The notes under the pieces were generated by a model that saw nothing but the letters and a program-made list of their open reading frames with translations, did no database searches and was not told the origin of the DNA. The position numbers and the translations under genes were made by a program. Below, piece after piece: positions 25,245-32,000 of a DNA stretch of 32,000 bases (its first letter is position 1; the number at the start of each line of letters is the position of its first letter). The DNA is taken from NCBI GenBank assembly GCA_001761425.1, contig CP012986.1, positions 330,001 through 362,000 on the forward strand, written 5' to 3'. Source of the stretch: Candidatus Saccharimonadota bacterium. Its GTDB lineage: Archaea > Nanohalarchaeota > Nanosalinia > Nanosalinales > Nanosalinaceae.

Positions 25245-25649
25245 TTAGCTATTGTCCTCGGATTTTGACACCAGTATGCCTCCAAGACCCTGTCTTGCGT
25301 ACTGCTGCATTGTATTTGCGACTTTCTGAAGAGATTCCTGACTCTCCTTCAGATTCATCTCGTACTCGTCAGGGCCTTCAACCTGGACATAAGTCGGTCC
25401 ATAATGAAGCACAAGGTTGATACATTTCGTAAAGGTACCTACATCAACTTTTACCTCGGAGACCTGAGAGTATCCCTCTTCAAGATCTGGATGAGGGTTC
25501 TGAACCTTTGAGACTTCCTCAGTCTCCTGTTCAGTCATTTCAACTCCCTCTTCACTTTCCAGAGTTTCAAGATGCTCCTCTAAAGCTCCTTCAACAGCTT
25601 CTTCACTAGGTGCTACTGCCTCAAAAACCATCCAAAGTTTTACTCCCAT
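25245..25649 (-). CDS. Hypothetical acidic cytoplasmic protein
   Basis: 134-aa ORF with acidic composition like its neighbours. A TATA-like TTTAAGGATAA lies about 30 nt upstream. No family recognised. Confidence 0.4.
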   Translation of the reverse strand: MGVKLWMVFEAVAPSEEAVEGALEEHLETLESEEGVEMTEQETEEVSKVQNPHPDLEEGYSQVSEVKVDVGTFTKCINLVLHYGPTYVQVEGPDEYEMNLKESQESLQKVANTMQQYARQGLGGILVSKSEDNS

Positions 25650-25831
25650 ATCAAAGATATAGAACTCCTTATCCTTAAAGCTGTTACCTAGGCCTTAAAC
25701 TAGAAACAGATACAGACCAGGCAACAACTGAAGGCCTACTATTCTTCCATCACTCATCTACCCAGGAATCAGTGATTCACGGCTTGACAGACAACGGAAA
25801 AACAGGATTCTCCTAGTGTTACCCCGCAGAG

Positions 25832-25838
25832 TTTAAAA
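25832..25838 (+). promoter_or_regulatory. TATA-like box (TTTAAAA)
   Basis: 27 nt upstream of ATG 25862. Confidence 0.4.
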
Positions 25839-25861
25839 CAATTTGTTTCCCTTTAGTAACT

Positions 25862-26284
25862 ATGTCAAAGTTTTGGGGGGTTGTAGGCTTTCTATTTGTA
25901 ATCGGGATCGCCATGATCCTGCTCGGAAACCAGACAGCAGCGAACGGAATCAATTTTTCAGATCTTGAGACTGAATGTCGGTATAACTACGAGGAGACCA
26001 ATCGGATATCAGTGAACGCACAGAACAACAGACTGGGTTTTGAAGGCAAGTTCCCTGTAAACAATACTAGATCAGATCTAAAGTACAGCTATGAGGTTTC
26101 AGAAGGCGAGATAATCCTGAATATTATACCGGAGGATAGGGAGAGGCCTTCAACATATGTCAACACGTGCCTTGGTATTGTGAACTACAAGGCTCAGACA
26201 GACAGGATTGAAGATGGAAGGTACAGGGTAGAGATCCAGCATGATGGAAAAAGAGTGGAAGAAAGAGTTTTGGTGTTAGGTTAA
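25862..26284 (+). CDS. Hypothetical N-terminally anchored ectoprotein
   Basis: 140 aa. TM/signal segment FWGVVGFLFVIGIAMILLG, N-X-S/T sequons. TTTAAAA lies 27 nt upstream of the ATG. No family recognised. Confidence 0.4.
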   Translation: MSKFWGVVGFLFVIGIAMILLGNQTAANGINFSDLETECRYNYEETNRISVNAQNNRLGFEGKFPVNNTRSDLKYSYEVSEGEIILNIIPEDRERPSTYVNTCLGIVNYKAQTDRIEDGRYRVEIQHDGKRVEERVLVLG

Positions 26285-26285
26285 C

Positions 26286-28886
26286 CTACCTGGATTCAAG
26301 CTGGTATTTTAACTCTCCGTCCTTCTTTACCTCCACCTCTATTTTCCCTTCTTTAGCCAGCCATCCCAGGGCCTGATTCATAACCTCTTCGGAATCAACT
26401 TTCTCATCGGTATAATCTTTTAGCTTGGAGGCAGTAGCTTTCCCGTGCTTGTTCAATGTCTCATAAACTTCCCCGGCACTCCTGCCGATATCATCCACAG
26501 AAAGGGACTCGATCTGGTCCTGAACCTGATCCTGAACATCGTCGATATCCACTTCAACTTCATTCCTAGCTGATCCTTCATCCACGCTATGATCAGGTGC
26601 TCCTCTTTTTTCCTCGGCGTCCGCAACCTTCAGGATGGTCTCAAGAGCGACGTCAGGGGAAACGGAAATCGCATCGATACCCTGACCGACGAGAAACTCA
26701 GCATATCCGTCGTGAGTCGAAGGCGCATCCCCACAGATACCGACGTGTCGGTTCTTACTGTGAGCTTTCTCGATCAGAGTCCTCACAGATTCTTTAACAG
26801 CCGGATCTCTCTCATCAAATACTTCGGAAAGTTTGTCCGAGTTCCTGTCCACACCGAGAGTCAACTGGGTCAGATCGTTTGTACCAATGCTGAAACCGTC
26901 GAAGACCTCAGCAAAGTCCTCTGCACGCAGAATATTCGCAGGAATCTCCGCCATCACAAAGACATCGATATCGCCTTCATCCAGGCCGTACTCCTTCATC
27001 TTGGCACGGACCTTATTACCTTCGTCTACCGTACGGCAGAAAGGAACCATGATAGTGATATTATCAAGGTCCAGTTCATCTATCGCCTGACGCAAGGCCT
27101 TGCACTCCAGTTCGAAGGCCTTTGAGAACTCCTCATCGTAGTAACGCGAAGCTCCCCTGAAACCAAGCATGGGGTTCGCCTCATCTGGCTCGTAGTCCTC
27201 TCCGCCCTTCAGGTCAGCGTACTCATCCGACTTGAAATCGCTCAGTCGGACCACCACCTGGTCAGGGTAAAAAGCTGCTCCAATCTTGCCGATCCCACTC
27301 CTCAAGGCCTCTACGTATTCGTCTTCACGGTCTTCCTCAATCAGCTTCAATGGGTGTTCTCCGACATGGCTGGAGATTATGAACTCTTCTCTTGCGAGGC
27401 CTACTCCTTCGACAGGTAGCTGTGCGACGTGGAAAACCTCGCTTGGTTCTCCGATGTTTACCTGTACATCGGTCTCCGTATCTGGTATTTTGTCTAAGTG
27501 GTGTTCCTCGACATTGTAATCAAGCTCTCCGTTCCACACTTTTCCTGTGCTTGATGAACAGTCTACCGTCACCTTTTGACCGTCCTTCAGCTTTGAGGTC
27601 GCATTCTCCGTTCCGATCACTGCGGGTACGCCTAGTTCTCTTGATACGATGGCTGCGTGACTGGTTCTTCCGCCTTTGTTTGTGATTATTGCTCCTGCCT
27701 GTTTCATGATCGGTTCCCAGTCAGGATCGGTCATATCTGTCACCAAGACTTCTCCTTCCTCGAACTGGTCAATCTCCTTGGGCGAATCCAGCACATGTGC
27801 TGTTCCATTCCCGATCTTGGAGCCGATGGCTTCTCCTTCAAGAACTACTTCGGATTCTTCCTCCAGTTTGTGGTCTTCGATCACGTTTTCGTCTTTCTCT
27901 GCCTGTACTGTTTCAGGCCTTGCCTGGACGATGTAAAGTTCTTTTGTCTGTCCGTCCAGAACCCATTCAATATCCATGGGCTTTCCGTAATGGTCTTCTA
28001 TCCTGAGAGCGTACTTCGCTAGCTCCTGGACCTGATTATCTGTTATACAGTATTTCTCTCTTTCCGCCTTATCTACGTTGACTTCCTTGTTGTCATTTTC
28101 CTTGTCTTCGTCGTCTCTAACCAGTTTTACTTCTTTGTCTCCGAGTTTTCTCTCGATGATTCCGAGATTCTCCTTGAAGACCGTAAATTCATCTGGGTTA
28201 ACCTCTCCCAGTACAACGTACTCTCCAAGTCCATAGCTTCCGTTGATAGTTACTACGTTGTCGAACCCGGAGTCCGGATCCAGTGTGAACATCACTCCGG
28301 CAGCACCGATGTCAGAACGCCCCATCTTCTGGACCACAGCAGAAAGTTTCACGTCAAAATGGCTAAAGCCTTTGTCCTCCCTGTAGGAGATAGCTCTGTT
28401 CGTGAATAGAGATGCATAACAGTCTTTCACCCGTTTGATCAAATCCTGTTTCCCCTGAACGTTGAGATAGGTCTCCTGCTGGCCAGCGAAAGAAGCTCCA
28501 GGAAGATCCTCCGCTGTAGCCGATGAACGCACGGCAACCTCAGGGTTATCTACTCCAAGCTTTTCCTCAAGCTCCTCGTAGGCCTCCACAAAGCTTTCTC
28601 TAAGCTCTTCCGGCATCTCAGCCTCCTTGATATGAGACCGGATCTGCTCTCCTCTTCTCTGCAGATCACTGACATCATCCGTATCAAGGCCGTCCAGAAG
28701 TTTCTCGATCTTGTCTCTCAGGTCTGTATCATGTATAAACTTATCGTAGGCATCAGCTGTCGTAGCATAACCTGGTAGGACCGGCACATCCACCTCATTA
28801 CTGAGCTCTCCAAGATTAGCGCTTTTTCCTCCCACTTTTCCAGTATCGTCCGCGTTTATATTTTCAAACCAGAAAACATTATCCAT
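26286..28886 (-). CDS. ppsA: Phosphoenolpyruvate synthase (pyruvate, water dikinase) with C-terminal DUF2582-like winged-helix extension
   Basis: GGKSANLGEL (ATP-grasp N-domain), GGRTSHAAIVSRELGVPAV (phospho-His swivel domain), GTNDLTQLTLGVDR and HVGICGD (PEP-utilizer TIM barrel). A ~105-aa tail follows. ATG 28886 preferred over GTG 28904. Confidence 0.9.
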   Translation of the reverse strand: MDNVFWFENINADDTGKVGGKSANLGELSNEVDVPVLPGYATTADAYDKFIHDTDLRDKIEKLLDGLDTDDVSDLQRRGEQIRSHIKEAEMPEELRESFVEAYEELEEKLGVDNPEVAVRSSATAEDLPGASFAGQQETYLNVQGKQDLIKRVKDCYASLFTNRAISYREDKGFSHFDVKLSAVVQKMGRSDIGAAGVMFTLDPDSGFDNVVTINGSYGLGEYVVLGEVNPDEFTVFKENLGIIERKLGDKEVKLVRDDEDKENDNKEVNVDKAEREKYCITDNQVQELAKYALRIEDHYGKPMDIEWVLDGQTKELYIVQARPETVQAEKDENVIEDHKLEEESEVVLEGEAIGSKIGNGTAHVLDSPKEIDQFEEGEVLVTDMTDPDWEPIMKQAGAIITNKGGRTSHAAIVSRELGVPAVIGTENATSKLKDGQKVTVDCSSSTGKVWNGELDYNVEEHHLDKIPDTETDVQVNIGEPSEVFHVAQLPVEGVGLAREEFIISSHVGEHPLKLIEEDREDEYVEALRSGIGKIGAAFYPDQVVVRLSDFKSDEYADLKGGEDYEPDEANPMLGFRGASRYYDEEFSKAFELECKALRQAIDELDLDNITIMVPFCRTVDEGNKVRAKMKEYGLDEGDIDVFVMAEIPANILRAEDFAEVFDGFSIGTNDLTQLTLGVDRNSDKLSEVFDERDPAVKESVRTLIEKAHSKNRHVGICGDAPSTHDGYAEFLVGQGIDAISVSPDVALETILKVADAEEKRGAPDHSVDEGSARNEVEVDIDDVQDQVQDQIESLSVDDIGRSAGEVYETLNKHGKATASKLKDYTDEKVDSEEVMNQALGWLAKEGKIEVEVKKDGELKYQLESR

Positions 28887-28910
28887 AATAAAGAAAAATT
28901 TCACAGGGCT

Positions 28911-28972
28911 CCATATAAAAAGGCCGTTATCATCGAACGGTGACGAGGCCTTCCAGACCTGTCACATTTTAA
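28911..28972. promoter_or_regulatory. Divergent promoter region (ppsA and pilin-like cluster)
   Basis: ATTTTAA (28966-28972) lies 26 nt upstream of GTG 28995. TTTTATATGG (complement of 28911-28920) lies about 30 nt upstream of ATG 28886. Confidence 0.4.
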
Positions 28973-28994
28973 CCAGCTACTCCCATAATACAGT

Positions 28995-30287
28995 GTGACC
29001 CGTGAAGGCTACTCGTTTAAGGGACAGTCCTCCGTCGAATTTCTGCTTGTGGTAGGTATAGCTTTGAGTATCTCCACTCCCTTCCTATTGGCGGCCCAAC
29101 AATCAGTTATCGATTTGGAACAGACTTCAAGATCAGTCTCACTGGAGCAATCGCTTGATAAACTTGAACAAGCGGTAAAAACAGTGAGTGTTTCAGGAGA
29201 GCCGGCTAGAAGAACCTTCAACATGGATATACCGGATAACGTCTTGAAGGCACAGGTTGTACAGGGAAGAGGCGTTGTCTACACTATCAGGAACGGAGGA
29301 GGAGTATTCAACACTTCAAGGCTTTTCGAAACCAATATCTCGCTGCCCGAAGGCCTTCCGGAAGATCCTGGAAGGTCTAAAGTCTCAGTGTATGCATGGA
29401 ATGGCCAGGTGAATATCTCCAGACCAGGATTCAATTCAACTGAAAGTTCAACAGAGAGGCCTCTAAACCTAATCTTCTATTCAGGGGATAACGGAAACTT
29501 GAACTACTATAATATTGATAATGATTCCATAGAACAGGTCACAGATGAGTACGATGTGGAGGCTTTGGGGCCTCAAAGCCCTAATCTGGACGGAGATGAC
29601 CGGTATGAGATCGTATTCGGGGCAGACGGCAAGCTGTATATAACTGATTATACTGGGGAAGTACGGAACCTTGCAGAGAACAACAAGTATCAAGAGACGA
29701 AGTATGGTATCGGAGAAGACTCCTCAGATGCTATCTATTATCCAGGAGATCCCAACAACGGTTACGATGTATACAGGGTTTCAGTGGACTCAAGGGCTTC
29801 CCTTGTATCGAGGATAGGAGACGGTGTCAGCGCTCTCTCCGATGTCGACGATTTTGACGGTGATGGCAATGAGGAAATTATCTTTGTTGGAGGCTCACAA
29901 GTAATTCAGTACCTTAATGAAGACGGTTCTGTTGTCTCTACGGGAAGACAAGTAGGCTCAAATAACGGACTGGGTCTGGGAGCATCATATGACTTTAACG
30001 GTAACGGAAGGTCGAGGGTGGCGATAGTCGATAACAGCAATAATATCGCTTTGGTGAACAATCAGGGAGAGAAGGAGTTACTAACGGAGGATGGGGAAGC
30101 CAGCAAGACCAGTATCTCAGTTATAGATCTGGACGATGACGGAGACATGGAAATAGCTTACGTTCCAAAATCAGGTGATAGAGGAATTTACTATGTCGAT
30201 GACATCTTAGGTCAAAATCAGATAGCGGAGCTAAGTTCGGGGGCCAAACCGGCGACGGAAGTCGGGCTTACAGGTAGAATCCGGTAA
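28995..30287 (+). CDS. Class III signal-peptide (archaeal type IV pilin-like) protein with FG-GAP/VCBS-like beta-propeller repeats
   Basis: N-terminus MTREGYSFKGQSSVEFLLVVGIALSI (KGQ-S-x-EF plus hydrophobic helix). Repeats LDGDDRYEIVFGADGKLY, DFDGDGNEEIIFVGG, DFNGNGRSRVAIVD, DLDDDGDMEIAYV. The GTG start has ATTTTAA 26 nt upstream. Confidence 0.65.
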   Translation: MTREGYSFKGQSSVEFLLVVGIALSISTPFLLAAQQSVIDLEQTSRSVSLEQSLDKLEQAVKTVSVSGEPARRTFNMDIPDNVLKAQVVQGRGVVYTIRNGGGVFNTSRLFETNISLPEGLPEDPGRSKVSVYAWNGQVNISRPGFNSTESSTERPLNLIFYSGDNGNLNYYNIDNDSIEQVTDEYDVEALGPQSPNLDGDDRYEIVFGADGKLYITDYTGEVRNLAENNKYQETKYGIGEDSSDAIYYPGDPNNGYDVYRVSVDSRASLVSRIGDGVSALSDVDDFDGDGNEEIIFVGGSQVIQYLNEDGSVVSTGRQVGSNNGLGLGASYDFNGNGRSRVAIVDNSNNIALVNNQGEKELLTEDGEASKTSISVIDLDDDGDMEIAYVPKSGDRGIYYVDDILGQNQIAELSSGAKPATEVGLTGRIR

Positions 30288-30294
30288 AAGATTT

Positions 30295-30714
30295 ATGAGA
30301 AGGGCAAATAGTTCAGTAAAAGGTCAGACATCTATAGAATTCTTCCTGCTTTTTGGAATGGCTATGGCTATTATGACAGTCCTCTTCGCCGCTATACAAA
30401 CCAAAGAATCAGATGTGATGAGTCTTCAGAACCAGAAAACAGCAGCACAAATTGGTGAAAAAGTCGGTAAGCATGTCGAAAAAGCCTTGGCGGAGGGAAA
30501 AGGCTATTCACGGAAATTCCGCGTCCCGGACCGGATAGCCGGCAGCAAGTACAATCTGACTGTAACTAACAAGACCGTAGTTGTAAGGTGGGGCGGCGGC
30601 ATCGCTACAGCAGATACTATCTATTCAGGAGAGAAACTGAAACTTTCAACAAGGAGTACAAACCTGTACAAAGTGATACATGACGAAAAAGGTGTCAAAT
30701 TCGTTGAGAGATAA
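30295..30714 (+). CDS. Small class III signal-peptide pilin-like protein
   Basis: 139 aa. MRRANSSVKGQTSIEFFLLFGMAMAIMTVLFAAI matches the class III signal-peptide pattern. Starts 7 nt after the upstream gene. Confidence 0.6.
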   Translation: MRRANSSVKGQTSIEFFLLFGMAMAIMTVLFAAIQTKESDVMSLQNQKTAAQIGEKVGKHVEKALAEGKGYSRKFRVPDRIAGSKYNLTVTNKTVVVRWGGGIATADTIYSGEKLKLSTRSTNLYKVIHDEKGVKFVER

Positions 30715-32000
30715 AGGCCAGGCATTCCTGACTGATTTTGCTCTGAGCATGGCGATATTCGGGATAATCATCTCAGCGTTTTTCGTTCCCTGGAACATGA
30801 TGATCGAGACCGAAAACAGGTTCTCCCATTCCGACGATATGAAGGCTAAGGCAGAGAGAACGGTATCAATCATGGTCACCTCGCCAGGATATCCGGAAGA
30901 CTGGGAACAAAATCTCTCCGAGCCGGCTATCCTAGGATTATCTACGCAGAAAGAAAATGTAATCTCTATGGAAAAACTGGAGGCCTTTTCAAACCTCAGC
31001 AACGCACAAAAAACCTCCGTACTGAACTCAAGAGGATTTTCTCTCAACTTCAGATATCCTGAAAACTCGGAGGTCATAAAGTACAGTGACTCAGAAGTCC
31101 TGGGCACAGAATTTCTGGGAAAAGAGCCTATCGCATATATCGCACGAGGAGGCTCAACCTTCTCCTCGCTGGAGATGCTGGAAGAGTTAAACTCGTCCAC
31201 GAAGGAATGGTATTTCTACTTCCCTTCGGAGGAGAACCAGGATGATATAGACTCCCTGACAGCGGAGAAAACATATACTAACGAGGGATCTGGGCCCAAA
31301 ATGTTCCAGAGAATGATCAGTGACGCTGCCAACAGAGGATTCCAGAGGTTCAAGACAGGAAGTAAAATAAAGGCCTCTCTCTCGATCTCCGAAGTCTTTG
31401 AGGTTGACAACGATGGAAACAAGGGGATATTTTTCAGGGATCAGGACGGAAAACTGAAACTTCACAACCTTGAAAACAGCATGACAGAAGAGATAGATCC
31501 TGTAAACGAAGTTACCAGGATGGGAGCCGTCGAGAACTTCACCTCAGAGGAAGAAGAACTAGCTTTTATCAACGGAGACAGCAAATTAAATTTCTACAGT
31601 TTAGAAGACAACGAGGTCATAGAAACATCTATCGGGGCTGTAGACATCGGTGATTCTACCACTATTTCCGGTGACAAGGCCTTATTCTTCATAGATGACG
31701 ATAATTCTCTTTCATACTATATCAGAGGGAGAGGAAGTTTTGAGACATCTTTCAGCGGATCCAGGGTAGGAGGTGCTGGGGACATCGATGGAGACGACGT
31801 CTCCGAGATCGCGTTCCGGGATGAGGATGACAAACTCGCATTCTATGATCCCGAGACTGAGACGAAGCAGCCGACAGATCAAGGCGTTAAAGATGTAGGA
31901 TGGATCCATGAAAGATCTGTCGCAGTAGTCTCAGGCAACAACGAAAATCTGGGAGTCTGGAACTCTACGGACTCCTCATTTGAAAACTATCGGACAAAGG
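30692..32000 (+). CDS. Class III signal-peptide-like protein with propeller-type repeats (partial, runs off window)
   Basis: Not in the supplied ORF track because there is no stop in the window. By my reading the frame is open for ~1.3 kb from GTG 30692 (or TTG 30704) to the edge. N-terminus (M)SNSLRDKGQAFLTDFALSMAIFGIIISAFF. Repeats VDNDGNKGIFFRDQDGKLKL, LAFINGDSKLNFY, ALFFIDDDNSLSYY, DIDGDDVSEIAFRDEDDKLAFY. Confidence 0.55.
   Translation, partial: MSNSLRDKGQAFLTDFALSMAIFGIIISAFFVPWNMMIETENRFSHSDDMKAKAERTVSIMVTSPGYPEDWEQNLSEPAILGLSTQKENVISMEKLEAFSNLSNAQKTSVLNSRGFSLNFRYPENSEVIKYSDSEVLGTEFLGKEPIAYIARGGSTFSSLEMLEELNSSTKEWYFYFPSEENQDDIDSLTAEKTYTNEGSGPKMFQRMISDAANRGFQRFKTGSKIKASLSISEVFEVDNDGNKGIFFRDQDGKLKLHNLENSMTEEIDPVNEVTRMGAVENFTSEEEELAFINGDSKLNFYSLEDNEVIETSIGAVDIGDSTTISGDKALFFIDDDNSLSYYIRGRGSFETSFSGSRVGGAGDIDGDDVSEIAFRDEDDKLAFYDPETETKQPTDQGVKDVGWIHERSVAVVSGNNENLGVWNSTDSSFENYRTK

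Noticed and set aside
26589-28022. Series of plus-strand ORFs (26589-27125, 26597-26797, 26833-27090, 27286-27519, 27392-27685, 27657-28022, 27676-27936, 27797-28006)
   Set aside because: All lie antisense to ppsA, whose 866-aa product matches PEP synthase motifs end to end.
30646-31465. Minus-strand ORFs 30646-31200 and 31187-31465 (also 31216-31422 and 31712-31909)
   Set aside because: They lie antisense to a ~1.3-kb uninterrupted plus-strand frame with a class III signal peptide and propeller repeats. Their products are Ser/Phe/Leu-rich and unlike the acidic proteome.
1-32000. Looked for CRISPR arrays, long tandem or direct repeats, IS/transposase/integrase genes, rRNA and toxin-antitoxin pairs
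   Set aside because: I found no regularly spaced direct repeats and no recombinase or transposase motifs in any ORF. The only pervasive repeat is the short AGGCCT palindrome, reported above. A computational repeat search would be needed for a definitive negative.

Overview
This is a gene-dense, roughly 90% coding 32-kb chromosomal segment that reads as archaeal and halophile-like. The evidence is a strongly acidic (D/E-rich) proteome, an intron-containing tRNA, archaeal Pth2, archaeal-type TrpRS and two-subunit PheRS, and class III (type IV pilin-like) signal peptides. A/T-rich TATA-like boxes sit about 25-32 nt upstream of start codons with no Shine-Dalgarno, implying mostly leaderless mRNAs. 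GC looks mid-40s by eye. A small-genome halophilic archaeon (Nanohaloarchaeota-like) is a reasonable guess, but that is inference only. I saw no rRNA, CRISPR array, transposase or integrase. Housekeeping genes: trpS, pheS, pheT, ndk, pth2, truD, ppsA and tRNA-Val(UAC). Accessory content: (i) 129-3588, an M28-like peptidase plus a GCS2-like amidoligase translationally coupled to an AstE-like zinc hydrolase. (ii) 5569-13454, an NTPase-switch island with four KaiC/RecA-like domains (two canonical, two degenerate). One degenerate domain is fused to an MglA/CvnD-type small GTPase. The island also holds a Roadblock/LC7 protein, two divergent PaaK/F390-synthetase-like adenylating enzymes, a Ser-variant transglutaminase-like protein and a V4R protein. 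(iii) 18277-20145, a HerA/DUF87 ATPase with a C-terminal HTH tail. (iv) 22085-25230, a processive GT2 synthase locus with small ectoproteins and a membrane-tethered wHTH protein. (v) ppsA fused to a DUF2582-like winged helix. (vi) 28995-32000, three class III signal-peptide proteins, two carrying FG-GAP-like propeller repeats; the third ORF is missing from the supplied track. The strongest signal not explained by genes is the palindrome AGGCCT (often AAGGCCTT). By hand count it occurs about 117 times against roughly 6 expected. It appears in all reading frames, on both strands and in spacers, where paired copies form hairpins at gene 3' ends.
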